Assembly (NCBI GenBank): GCA_048940645.1
Contig: JBHLOI010000006.1
Span: forward strand, 1 to 64,000
Direction: 5' to 3'
Length of the DNA stretch: 64,000 nt
Source: Promethearchaeota archaeon
GTDB lineage: Archaea; Asgardarchaeota; Lokiarchaeia; Sigyniarchaeales; SOKP01
The notes below the pieces were generated by a model, which did not search any database, had not been told where the DNA came from, and was given only the letters and a program-made list of their open reading frames with translations. How positions within the stretch are numbered: the stretch's first letter is position 1; every line of letters starts with the position of its first letter. The translations under genes were made by a program, and so were the position numbers. Shown piece after piece: positions 17,670 through 27,984 of this stretch.

Positions 17670-20045
17670 ATGGTTGATAATTCTTTAGCTGAATTATTAA
17701 AAGATCAATTTGGATTAAATTTATATAAAAAATCATATGAATTTCCCACCAATAAAATAAATATAATTTCTTTAGAGGAAACTCCAATTAATATAAGATG
17801 TATCATTCTAGATGAGGATCGTGAATTCCATTTAATAATTGATGAGAAAAACTATGAAATCTTCCACGATTGCCCAACTTTTTTGATCCATACTGAATTA
17901 GATGATAAAATTTGCATCCATATAGTAAAATTATTAATTATTTTAAAAGAAAAACTTTCATTAAAAATATTTAAGGAACTCAAGAAGTATAATTTAACTT
18001 CTGAAGATTTTGGTTCAAAAAAAAAAAGTGATAACTTCCTAATATTGGCAAATTCTTGTTTAGATGGAGATAATTATGTGGAAGGTTTGAATTATTTAAA
18101 TAAAGCGATAATCAATCAATATGAGTGTGAGCCAATAATCGAAAAATATCTCAAGATAGCCCTGAATAATTCCCTATTTATTGAATTTTTTGAGTTCGTG
18201 AAGTTTGCCTATGAAAATGATCTTGGAGATTACTTGATAAAATATAGATATTTCATTGAAAAAGGATTTAAACTTATTTTATCTGCTATATGGAAATATG
18301 ACTTTTTTGATGTACTTCGAATTATTCAATTTATAGCTAAAATTCTAGATATATATCAATTTGAAGACTTTTCATTTTTATCATCTTTAATTGATAAGTT
18401 GATAAGGATGACAAAATCTAATAAATTTAATGAGAGATATTTTTCTATATTTTTTATTAAGAAAAATCTGAAAAGAATAATTGAATTCAAACCTTCTTTT
18501 GAAAAAATATTTTCATCTAAAGATTATATATCATTTAATAAGGAAATTTTGAATTATTTTATGAATGAGATCGATAGTTTTTCTGTTATCGAAAAAATTA
18601 AATTAATGAAAAACCAATTTGAAATATTTAATATTCCTAAAACTGATTATTACGAGGAGTATAAAAGATATAAGGCTGAAATAAGAGAATTAGAGAGAAA
18701 AGTTTATTTAAAAAAGTTTGCTTTTTTAAAACTTCTTGCAGAACACCATAATTTAAAAAAAACAAAAGTTGATTTCAGAAAGAAAAGGAATACGTATATA
18801 GTCACTCATAATAAGGAGAATCTAAAAATTCCAGTTTATAATTATATAATTAAACATATTGGATTTTATGGGTTGAATGAATCAACGATTAAGTCCTCCG
18901 AAATCGGTTTTAATTATTTTATAATTAAAGAATTGTTTTTAGATGATTTAAATAATTTCCCGGATATATTTTACTATAAAAATCAATTTTGGGGTGAAAA
19001 TGAAGAATACAACGTAAATCCTGTTGATGGATTTTCTTTAATTTCAAAAATTATTGATGATAGTTATGATATCTCCCAAAAATTCTCAAATTTCAAGGAT
19101 ATCATCATAATTGAATGGGATTTAGCTAGTAAACCTCGTCAAGCAAATATAGTTAATGCATATGAATCTCAAATTGTAATTCCAGATCAAAATAATCCTT
19201 TATTTCATGACCTAAAACCTTTTGATTTATGTTATTGCCAAAAAAATCCTGTTAAAATTGAAGGGAACATAATTAAAACTATAAATATAATAACCAAATG
19301 TTCTTTTAAAGATGCAATCAATAGTGTTTCCAATGGTATGGAATTTATTGAAGGATATTACCCATTGTCCGTTATTAAACTTGTTTTAAATAAAAAAATA
19401 TCTCCGTTTGAAGCTGATGAACTTGTATATTCCAATCCTAATAAATTATTTATTCCAAATTATGATCAATTTATCAAAAACTTCAGAGAATTTTTATTTA
19501 ATTTCATAAATCAAGAAAGAGAATACATTTTTGATGAATTAAAAATAAATCAAGAAATTAAAACTAATCAGATATTATCTTTATTAAATTTAACTACGGA
19601 ATTAGCTGGTTTAAATTTACCCTATGCTGATATTATTAAGAACTTATTCTCAGAAGATATCACTCTAAAACAATTTAGAAAAAAATTTTTGAACGAAACT
19701 CATTCTTTAATTAAAAATATTCTTACTAAAAGAGAACCTGGAACAACAAAAGTATTCAAAATAAAAAAAATGAAAAATACTCCGTTTATGAAATATTCAG
19801 ATGAGATATTAAAAATTAGAAAAGAAGAATTTGAAAAATCTACAGTATATAAATCCTCAGATGAAGAAAATTTGCAATATGATATAAGAAACCTTTCTAA
19901 AACGTATTATGGCCAAAAACTTTCCCAAATCCTAAATTTAGGTAAGAGGAATCTGGTAAATCAAGATTTTTTTAATAAGATCAATAAATTTGCGAATAAA
20001 TTAAATTTAAAATTAGATCTTAAAAATTCTCAAATTGCCTTTTAA
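17670..20045 (+). CDS. SWIM-like zinc-finger helical protein
   Basis: N-terminal HDCPTF-x9-ICIH resembles SWIM CxC...CxH; starts 4 nt after the vWA stop; 791 aa. Confidence 0.6.
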   Translation: MVDNSLAELLKDQFGLNLYKKSYEFPTNKINIISLEETPINIRCIILDEDREFHLIIDEKNYEIFHDCPTFLIHTELDDKICIHIVKLLIILKEKLSLKIFKELKKYNLTSEDFGSKKKSDNFLILANSCLDGDNYVEGLNYLNKAIINQYECEPIIEKYLKIALNNSLFIEFFEFVKFAYENDLGDYLIKYRYFIEKGFKLILSAIWKYDFFDVLRIIQFIAKILDIYQFEDFSFLSSLIDKLIRMTKSNKFNERYFSIFFIKKNLKRIIEFKPSFEKIFSSKDYISFNKEILNYFMNEIDSFSVIEKIKLMKNQFEIFNIPKTDYYEEYKRYKAEIRELERKVYLKKFAFLKLLAEHHNLKKTKVDFRKKRNTYIVTHNKENLKIPVYNYIIKHIGFYGLNESTIKSSEIGFNYFIIKELFLDDLNNFPDIFYYKNQFWGENEEYNVNPVDGFSLISKIIDDSYDISQKFSNFKDIIIIEWDLASKPRQANIVNAYESQIVIPDQNNPLFHDLKPFDLCYCQKNPVKIEGNIIKTINIITKCSFKDAINSVSNGMEFIEGYYPLSVIKLVLNKKISPFEADELVYSNPNKLFIPNYDQFIKNFREFLFNFINQEREYIFDELKINQEIKTNQILSLLNLTTELAGLNLPYADIIKNLFSEDITLKQFRKKFLNETHSLIKNILTKREPGTTKVFKIKKMKNTPFMKYSDEILKIRKEEFEKSTVYKSSDEENLQYDIRNLSKTYYGQKLSQILNLGKRNLVNQDFFNKINKFANKLNLKLDLKNSQIAF

Positions 20046-20105
20046 AGATCAAATCTTAATTAATTAATTTTAGTAGTTTAAAACTTTTCTTCAATAAATT
20101 CTATT

Positions 20106-20648
20106 ATGTTTTATACTATTCTAGAAGACTTAGTTTTTTATCAGGTTTTATCTTTTATAAGGAAATATTCAAATTTTGAATTAAAATTGTATGATTTCTT
20201 CTTTAAAAAAACGAATATATATCCTAAATGCGTTATTGTGATTAACCAATTCGCTTTTTTTATTGTAAATAAAGATCTAATTACTTATAACAAAATCAAA
20301 AAGAATATATACAATTTAAGAAGACATTTATGCAAAAAAGTAGCAATAGTTAAAGAACAATCTACTTTAATACATCTTCTATATAGTCTTTTCCCTGATA
20401 TTTTTATTTATAATATTAAAATTGAAGCAACTAATTTCTTAAATGAAAGATTAATCTCAATAAAATTTTTGTCCTATCAGGACAGAGGTATTGCGGTGGG
20501 CCGCAATGGAGAATATATTAAAGCTGTAAATCAGCTATTAGAAAAACACATAATTTTTCAAAATAACAAGACTCAAATTAAAATTATATGCAAAGTAGCA
20601 GATCAAAATGAAATCTATCAAAACTTAAAAATAAATATATCCTCTTAA
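20106..20648 (+). CDS. Divergent archaeal NusA-like KH-domain protein
   Basis: C-terminal KH motif DRGIAVGRNGEYIKAVNQLL; the first KH GxxG loop is degenerate. Confidence 0.65.
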   Translation: MFYTILEDLVFYQVLSFIRKYSNFELKLYDFFFKKTNIYPKCVIVINQFAFFIVNKDLITYNKIKKNIYNLRRHLCKKVAIVKEQSTLIHLLYSLFPDIFIYNIKIEATNFLNERLISIKFLSYQDRGIAVGRNGEYIKAVNQLLEKHIIFQNNKTQIKIICKVADQNEIYQNLKINISS

Positions 20649-20734
20649 GCAAAAATTATCACAGTCTATCAACTTTATTTAAAAATTAATTTAAAATTGA
20701 ATTATACTCAATATAGGAAAAAAAGTGTAAATAT

Positions 20735-21487
20735 TTGACGATAAAGCCATTGAACAATTTTGACAAAAATAATTCTTTTACTGAAAAATCTATAATTAAG
20801 TTTGCTTCTAATTCAAAAAATTTTAATGAAATACCCCCAATATTAGGCATTATTGTTGCAGATCAATATGGGAATACCATTTTGGTTTTAGAATATGATT
20901 CAAGAGAAGGTTGTAATTATGGACCAATAAAGAGGTATATAACTGAAGATACTAAAAATTTTTTAGATGTTGATCTGATATCAATGTATTTTAGCTCTTT
21001 TAAAGTCTTTGCAACACAAACTAATATTAAAAATTTATCTCATCTTGAAATTTATGGTTCTAATCTTAAAATTCAGCTATATTTTCTATTTGATGAATAT
21101 ATGATAATATTATTTCTTAATTCTAATACAAATTTAACTTCAATAGATAAAAGCCATATCATAGGTTTTTTTGAAGAAAAACTAGAAAAATATAATTATG
21201 AGTTTAAAAATTTTAATGCTACATATTCTAAAAAAATTTTAAAGACTTTGGAAAGAAATGGAAAAAAATGGTTAGAAAAAATTAATAGAACTTACCTACA
21301 CACCTATGAGAATTTATATTTGAAAAAACATGAGATTATCGAGAAATTTATCAATAAACTAAGTCCAATAATCCAAAATGATTTGTTCGAATATCTAGAA
21401 AACTTTCCAGAGGATAGAATGAATAATCTATTAAAAGAAATTAAAAATAAAATACAAGATAAGCTATTTGAATTTAGCTTGACTTAA
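20735..21487 (+). CDS. Roadblock/longin-like domain protein
   Basis: ILGIIVADQYGNTIL strand pair, DLISMYFSSFKVFA helix, then beta strands ending YMIILFLN. Confidence 0.5.
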   Translation: MTIKPLNNFDKNNSFTEKSIIKFASNSKNFNEIPPILGIIVADQYGNTILVLEYDSREGCNYGPIKRYITEDTKNFLDVDLISMYFSSFKVFATQTNIKNLSHLEIYGSNLKIQLYFLFDEYMIILFLNSNTNLTSIDKSHIIGFFEEKLEKYNYEFKNFNATYSKKILKTLERNGKKWLEKINRTYLHTYENLYLKKHEIIEKFINKLSPIIQNDLFEYLENFPEDRMNNLLKEIKNKIQDKLFEFSLT

Positions 21488-21609
21488 ACTTTACCCCCTT
21501 TAAAGTTCTAGTCTATTAACTTCCATAAAGTTATACCCACTACTATCACTATTTTTAAATTAAACATAAAATTTTATTATGTATACTCTCTTTTAGTAGA
21601 TGTTGCATT

Positions 21610-22887
21610 ATGAAACAAGAGAAATTTCATCATCCTTCAAAAGATATAATTGAAACAAAAGGCACAATTTTACATGGAAAAACAATATGTATGTGTTTAA
21701 CTGGTTCAGTTGCGATAATAAATGCTCCTATAATAGCTAGAGAATTAATGCGGTTAGGTGCTGAAGTAATTACTGTATTGTCCAGGGCAGCAACCGAATT
21801 AATAGATCCATCCTTGATGCATTGGGCGACTGGTAACCCTGTTATCACTAAATTAACTGGGGAGGTGGAACATGTCCTTCTTGCAGGATATAGACCAAAT
21901 GCTGCAGGAAAAGCAGATTTAATATTAGTATGTCCAGCTACAGCAAACACAATATCAAAAATAGCTAATGGAATAGATGATACTCCTGTTACAACCGTAG
22001 TTTCAACAGCATTCGGATCCTCAATACCAATTGTTATTGTACCAGCTATGCACGAAAGTATGTTTCATCCAATATTAGAAAAAAATATATCAATATTAAA
22101 AAAGTATGGTATAGATATACTTGGACCAAGAATTTCCGAAGGAAAAGCCAAAATTGCCAAGCTAGATGATATAATTGACCGTGTAATTGATTTATTAATA
22201 GCTAAAAAGGATTATGAGGGAATGAAGGTATTAATCACAGCAGGTCCTACAAGAGAACCTATTGATAAAGTAAGATTTGTGTCAAATAGATCCTCAGGGC
22301 GAATGGGTATTGAATTAGCTAAAGAAGCTGCAGCGAGGGGTGCAGATGTATTATTAATCGCAGGCGAATGTATGGTGAAAATTCCTGAATATATAAGTAC
22401 TATAAATGTGGAAACAACAGATGACTTTATTAATGCTGTTAAAAATGAACTTTCCTCCAAAGACTATCATATATTCATTTCAGCAGCAGCAATTAGTGAT
22501 TATAAACCTATAGAATATATCGAAGGGAAAATCTCTTCTGATGAAGTTAAGCAATTGCAAGTCAATATGAGGTTAACTCCAAAAATTATTGATGAAGCTA
22601 GAAGAAAAAGTTATAAAACATACATCGTTGGATTTAAAGCGGAAACTAATGTATCAAGAACTCAACTAATAGACCGTGCTTATAAAAGGTTATTAAAATC
22701 TGAAATTGAATTAATAGTTGCTAATGATATAGGTAGAGACGATATTGGATTTAGCAGTAAAGATAATGAAGTATACATAATTGATAAAGAAAAGCATATA
22801 ACTCATGTAGAGAAATCTACAAAAAGATATGTTGCCTCACGAATTTTGGATGTTGTCTTAGAAAACTATCATAAAATAACCAAATAA
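21610..22887 (+). CDS. coaBC: Bifunctional phosphopantothenoylcysteine decarboxylase/synthetase
   Basis: LTGSVA, PATANTISKIANGIDD, VPAMHESM, ITAGPTREPID..N.SSGRMG, AAISDY, VGFKAE and IVAND motifs. Confidence 0.97.
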   Translation: MKQEKFHHPSKDIIETKGTILHGKTICMCLTGSVAIINAPIIARELMRLGAEVITVLSRAATELIDPSLMHWATGNPVITKLTGEVEHVLLAGYRPNAAGKADLILVCPATANTISKIANGIDDTPVTTVVSTAFGSSIPIVIVPAMHESMFHPILEKNISILKKYGIDILGPRISEGKAKIAKLDDIIDRVIDLLIAKKDYEGMKVLITAGPTREPIDKVRFVSNRSSGRMGIELAKEAAARGADVLLIAGECMVKIPEYISTINVETTDDFINAVKNELSSKDYHIFISAAAISDYKPIEYIEGKISSDEVKQLQVNMRLTPKIIDEARRKSYKTYIVGFKAETNVSRTQLIDRAYKRLLKSEIELIVANDIGRDDIGFSSKDNEVYIIDKEKHITHVEKSTKRYVASRILDVVLENYHKITK

Positions 22888-23113
22888 GATTTAGTTTTAC
22901 TATTTTTTTAAAAATTTTGAGTATATGAAAATATTTAAATAATAATTCAATTTCTTTTCAAAATGAAAGAAAGAATGTATATTGAATAGATAACCCGGAC
23001 TATTATAATTATAGGGTTAACTAATATTGCTTTCTGATTAATTAACGAATATGTAAGTATTTATATATAGTTTTGATATTAATGTATTGAAAAAATGATA
23101 GGTGAAGGAAAAA

Positions 23114-26100
23114 ATGCCTTCTGAAGAAGATGGAAGAATTACACAGGGTACCATCGCTCAATTCATGAGAAAAAGAACTCAGTTAGTCGGCTTTGAATTT
23201 GGATATTGGAAGCATACACAATATGTCGCTGAATTTTTAGATAATGCATTAGATGCAATTGAGTCATTTCAATGGAATGAATTAGATGAAGATGATTCCA
23301 AAATTAAATTCTCATTAGATCAAGAATTAACATTAGAAAATCTGTCAATAATTCAAGAAATAAGAGAAGATGAGGTGATTCATCCTTTAAACAATGAAGC
23401 AAAGTTAGCATTAATGCAAGAAGTAGGAATAACTGAATCAAAAGGATTAGAGGAAAGTGAAATTCTTAGCGAGGAAAAAGAAGAACAATCAGGAGAAATA
23501 GCGGATAAAACGCAATTAGAAGTGGAAGAAGAAGTAAGAAGAATTATAGATGATATGAACGAAATAATTAAGCCAGTTGCAAATATTGTTGATACTGAAC
23601 CTATAGTAATAATTAGACTTAGAGAAAATGAAGCTCCTTCTTTCCTAACTTCAGAGCTAACTCAAAAGAATATAATGAATTATACTTTCGAAATTTTTGA
23701 TAACGGATTAGGTATGAGTAAAGCTGATTTACGAAAATTTGGCAAATATTTAGCATCTTCTAAAAGTGTTGAATTAAAACAAACAAGAGGCAGTCAAGGA
23801 TTTGGAGCCCCAAGTGCTTTCAGTGATGCTCAAAATACTACTGGAAAACCAATTATCGCGGTATCAAAAACATCAGACATGATTTATAACACAGTATCGG
23901 AATTTTTTACTACATCTAAAAATGAAAAAAAATATTTAGTTCATCCTTCTGAGGTCGATAGTCCCTTCCTTCATGGAACTTATGTAAAGTTGAATTACTT
24001 AAATGTTAAATACATACGGGGCTATGTAGATACATATATCAAAGAGACTGCCTTAATGAATCCTCATGTTACACTTATTTATATTGATCCTTATGGTGAA
24101 GAATTTATTTATCGAAGATTGGTATCTTCCTTCCCAAAACAACCTAAATATGCTAAGCCACATCCTTCTTCAACTAATATTGGAGATTTGCAAGATTTAT
24201 TGACAAAATCTGAAAATTTTACAATATCTGCCTTTTTACAGGAAAACTTCGTCAGAATAAGCCCTCGAACTGCGAAAGAGATAATAAGTATTGCAGAAAG
24301 GGATTTGCAAGATAAATCTAATCTTTTTATTCTTAAAGAAGGATATCTTTCCAAATTAGAAAAGAAAAGCGATCCGATATATTTCTTGAAGTTTGAGAAG
24401 AGAGTTTATGGAAAATCTACAAAACCAAGAAATAAATTAATAATCTATGAAGTAACCTCTGAAGAATTAAAGGAAAATTATTGGAAATTAATTGCCAAAT
24501 ACAATACATTAAATAAAGATCTTGAGAAAATCAATAAAGAAATAAAGAAGTACAATAATAAAATTGAAAAAAGTGAGACAAAGAAAGATGTTAAGCAAAT
24601 AGAAAAGAAAATCACAAATTTAATAAAAGATATAGATATTGCTAATAAAGAGAAAGAAAAGATTAAGGTTAAACTAAATCAAATATTTCAAGCGAATAAA
24701 AGTGGATTAGTAGAACTAAAAAAAGTTAAAAATAGGACAGATTTTGAAGATTTAATTAGTGAGGTTCAGTTATCAAAAAAAAGACCTACAGAATTATCAA
24801 CTGAACAATTTAATTCCTTATTCCATGCATTTAAGTCTATAAAATATATGGCGCCTCCAACTGATACGGCAATACCCGTGGGAGAACAAGTTTTAGAGAA
24901 TACTTTAATTAAAGAGATTGGAATACAAGTTTCGGAAAATATTGATGATTTTGAAGATCCAATTGAAACAATTAAAACTATTAACGATGAGATTATTAAA
25001 TCAAAAAAAAAAACGATTATTAAAGAAAACCCATCTGTAGGTGATGAGATACTTAGAAATATTTCATTAGGAAATCAAGAGTTAATTACATTAAATTCTA
25101 GAATATTAGCAAATGTTGCAATTCATAATGATGATATTGAATTGACCCAATTTAAAAAATCTAATGAAAAATTTTTAACAGATAAAAAAGAAAGCGATGA
25201 TACTGATTATCAAGATGTATTTGATTACTTTATCGAAAATTACACTAAGGATGATGATTTTGTGTCAGCTGAAACTAGATCCCCTACAAGTGGGAAAGGA
25301 TTAGCATATGTAGTTGAGGCAGCGTTAGCTTATTGCAATGATGCTACTAAATTAGATACTCCCAAGCGATCCAGGGATGTATTATCCAGGTTTGTGAATA
25401 GAACTCCAAAATTGAGAGATAGTGCTGATTGTGCAATAACTAAAGCAGTTCAATCAGTAAATTGGAAGAATTATAAACTAGATGCTTATGATAATAATCT
25501 TCCAAAGGGACCAATTAAATTGTTAATAAATGTTTCTGGCCCTTATGTACATTTAATGTTTAAATCACAGTCAAAAAACGCTTTAGCAGATGATGAAGAT
25601 TTAATTAAAGAAATAAAATTTTGTCTTGAAGCAATAGGTAGGAGATTACGAGTATATCTTAACAGAAAACAGGCAATACATAAAAAAGAAAAGAGAGCAA
25701 GTTTAATTGAGAAATATATACCTCAATTCGTAAACAGTGTATACAACATTGCTTCTAAAGGAGAAACTAAATATGAGAAACAATTGAATAGAGATGATTT
25801 AGAAGATTTAATGAAGAATGCTATAGGAGTAAAGCCAAGAATATCTATATCTAAAGAGGAAACAATCGAAACAAAAGATATAACAATATTAAAAGCGGAG
25901 GAACAAAAAATTGAAGAAAAAGAAATTAAGATCGAGAGTATAAAAGAAAAAAAAGTCGATGAAAAAAAGATCCTATCAAAGGAAATTGAAATAACCCCTG
26001 AAGTACCTGTTGAGATTAAACCTCAAAAAAAAGTCAAAAAAACTCCTAAGAGTAAAAAATTAGAAGTGCCAATAATTACCACCGAAAAAATCTTAACCAC

Positions 26101-26266
26101 CTTATCTGATAAGGATTGGCAACCAATTACTCATCTCATTTTTAAATTAAAAATCCAAGATATGATGGATGCTCGTTTTTTACAGATTAAAATGAAAGAA
26201 TTAGTAAGAAAAGATTTAGTTGAAGAAAATATAATCAAATCTAAAAAACATTGGAAATTAAAGTGA
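23114..26266 (+). CDS. top6B: DNA topoisomerase VI subunit B with large insertions
   Basis: GHKL N-box EFLDNALDA, DNGLG, TRGSQGFG, KPHP, RFVNRTP, WKNY and FKSQSKNAL; start placed at ATG 23114 behind GGTGA rather than GTG 23102. Confidence 0.92.
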   Translation: MPSEEDGRITQGTIAQFMRKRTQLVGFEFGYWKHTQYVAEFLDNALDAIESFQWNELDEDDSKIKFSLDQELTLENLSIIQEIREDEVIHPLNNEAKLALMQEVGITESKGLEESEILSEEKEEQSGEIADKTQLEVEEEVRRIIDDMNEIIKPVANIVDTEPIVIIRLRENEAPSFLTSELTQKNIMNYTFEIFDNGLGMSKADLRKFGKYLASSKSVELKQTRGSQGFGAPSAFSDAQNTTGKPIIAVSKTSDMIYNTVSEFFTTSKNEKKYLVHPSEVDSPFLHGTYVKLNYLNVKYIRGYVDTYIKETALMNPHVTLIYIDPYGEEFIYRRLVSSFPKQPKYAKPHPSSTNIGDLQDLLTKSENFTISAFLQENFVRISPRTAKEIISIAERDLQDKSNLFILKEGYLSKLEKKSDPIYFLKFEKRVYGKSTKPRNKLIIYEVTSEELKENYWKLIAKYNTLNKDLEKINKEIKKYNNKIEKSETKKDVKQIEKKITNLIKDIDIANKEKEKIKVKLNQIFQANKSGLVELKKVKNRTDFEDLISEVQLSKKRPTELSTEQFNSLFHAFKSIKYMAPPTDTAIPVGEQVLENTLIKEIGIQVSENIDDFEDPIETIKTINDEIIKSKKKTIIKENPSVGDEILRNISLGNQELITLNSRILANVAIHNDDIELTQFKKSNEKFLTDKKESDDTDYQDVFDYFIENYTKDDDFVSAETRSPTSGKGLAYVVEAALAYCNDATKLDTPKRSRDVLSRFVNRTPKLRDSADCAITKAVQSVNWKNYKLDAYDNNLPKGPIKLLINVSGPYVHLMFKSQSKNALADDEDLIKEIKFCLEAIGRRLRVYLNRKQAIHKKEKRASLIEKYIPQFVNSVYNIASKGETKYEKQLNRDDLEDLMKNAIGVKPRISISKEETIETKDITILKAEEQKIEEKEIKIESIKEKKVDEKKILSKEIEITPEVPVEIKPQKKVKKTPKSKKLEVPIITTEKILTTLSDKDWQPITHLIFKLKIQDMMDARFLQIKMKELVRKDLVEENIIKSKKHWKLK

Positions 26267-26273
26267 TTCTAAT

Positions 26274-27461
26274 ATGGCAAAAAAAAAAGCTAATAAAAGT
26301 TATAATTTAAAAGCCACAAAAGAATTATATTATGAATATTTAGAAAGAGGAAAGGAGATAAAAGATTTTGAGCAACCAATAAATACCATTAAAGTTGAAG
26401 ATCTAAGTAGAGATAGTATTTTAGAAAGAATATATGAACTTACTGATAATATTATTAAACAAATCTACACTACTGGAAGACCATCTATTGAATTACCTTC
26501 TAGATCATCATCAAATATAATTTGGGATGAAGAAAGTGACTTATTATTACTTGGTAAACAAATTATGGAAAAACAATTCCATTCACTTACAAGTGTAGCT
26601 GATATTACGCGCTTAATGAGAGTTCTTGAAGTAGTTACTGAGTTACTTAATGAGGATCTTCATGCTACAAAAAGAGAAGTGTTTTATACAGATGTGAATT
26701 TATTTAGTGAACAAAAAAATAGTGATAAAAGCATTGAAGACGTTTCTACTATGTTGTATACTTCAAGAAATTCTACACATATAGTTGCAGCTCCAAGAGG
26801 TTCATGTGTGGGTAGATTAAGAATAAGAGACAGAACTGATATCATAGATCTTGAGGCGCAAGGAAGTGGTGGATGGACGATATCACCATTTCTGGATCAA
26901 ATTGAAATTATTGAATCTGATGCTGAATTTATCTTGGTTATTGAGAAAAATGCTGCTATGATGAGACTTGCAGAAGATAGATTTTGGCGGAAATATCCCT
27001 GCATTTTACTTACTGCTCAAGGCGTAGGAAATGTAGCTACGCGTATGTTTTTAAAAAGATTAAATAAAGAATTAAATTTACCGACTTTTACCCTAGTTGA
27101 TAGTGATCCTTATGGACATTATATTCACTCTGTTTATTTAAGAGGCTCAAAAAGATTAAGTTATGAATCCCCTTTCCTTGCTACACCAAATATAAAACTT
27201 TTAGGTGTTTTAACAAGAGACTTAGATAAATATCAAATTCCTGTAGCTGCAAGGATTAGGATGAATAAACAGGATGAAAAGCGTACAAAAGACTTATTGA
27301 AAGAAGATTTTGTGAAGAAAAACAAAGCTTGGGAAACAGACTTAAAACTTGCAATAAAATTAAGAGAGAAAGCAGAAATCCAAGCGTTTGCATCACATGG
27401 TTTCAAATTTTTAACAGATGAATACTTACCAGAAAAATTAACCACTGGTGATTGGATATAA
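26274..27461 (+). CDS. top6A: DNA topoisomerase VI subunit A (Spo11 family)
   Basis: TKREVFY (catalytic Tyr), TOPRIM VIEK and DSDPYG, KAEIQA. Confidence 0.96.
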   Translation: MAKKKANKSYNLKATKELYYEYLERGKEIKDFEQPINTIKVEDLSRDSILERIYELTDNIIKQIYTTGRPSIELPSRSSSNIIWDEESDLLLLGKQIMEKQFHSLTSVADITRLMRVLEVVTELLNEDLHATKREVFYTDVNLFSEQKNSDKSIEDVSTMLYTSRNSTHIVAAPRGSCVGRLRIRDRTDIIDLEAQGSGGWTISPFLDQIEIIESDAEFILVIEKNAAMMRLAEDRFWRKYPCILLTAQGVGNVATRMFLKRLNKELNLPTFTLVDSDPYGHYIHSVYLRGSKRLSYESPFLATPNIKLLGVLTRDLDKYQIPVAARIRMNKQDEKRTKDLLKEDFVKKNKAWETDLKLAIKLREKAEIQAFASHGFKFLTDEYLPEKLTTGDWI

Positions 27462-27976
27462 AATTATTTCGCAAAAAAGATGGTGGAGTAATTCAGTTAG
27501 TAGATAAGGAAAAAATGAAAGACTGGCCAGTAGAATTACCTCTTATATTTATAGAATATATTAGAGAAAAAAAATTAGATACATATGAAGATAATTCAAT
27601 TAAGAAAGATATTGAGAGTTACCTTGATGAGGTTATGAAGGAAGTAGCAATTCCACGTTTAATCGGTGTATTAGATAGCGAAAATGATGAAGAAATAATT
27701 CTCTCTCTAACTCGAATATTAGATGTTGCAAAAAAAAATGTTGAAATGGTAAAACCTATTCAAAAATATCTTGTAGATCTTCAAAAAAGTAAAAATAAAA
27801 AGGTAGTAGAATTATCAGAAACTATATCAGAAATGTTTGAAAAAGCTGAGAGGAGAAAAGAATTAGCGAGAAAAAGAAAAATCATGCGGCAGAAGGAAAA
27901 AGAATTTTTAGATGGAAAAATTACTGCTCAAGATTATGCAAAAATTAGAAAAGATTATCTACTTTTAAAAGAATAA
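27452..27976 (+). CDS. Hypothetical protein, short helical/HEAT-like core with SHOCT-like C-terminus
   Basis: Overlaps the top6A stop; IPRLIGVLDSENDEEI and C-terminal FLDGKITAQDYAKIRK. Confidence 0.7.
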   Translation: MDIKLFRKKDGGVIQLVDKEKMKDWPVELPLIFIEYIREKKLDTYEDNSIKKDIESYLDEVMKEVAIPRLIGVLDSENDEEIILSLTRILDVAKKNVEMVKPIQKYLVDLQKSKNKKVVELSETISEMFEKAERRKELARKRKIMRQKEKEFLDGKITAQDYAKIRKDYLLLKE

Positions 27977-27984
27977 AATGATTT

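Noticed and set aside
22992-23019. Imperfect hairpin TAACC..CTAT/ATAG..GGTTA upstream of top6B
   Set aside because: Short, bulged and AT-rich; cannot be distinguished from chance without comparative data.
23270-25255. Top6B insertions as inteins
   Set aside because: No C/S-start or HN-C/S/T splice motifs and no LAGLIDADG blocks were seen.
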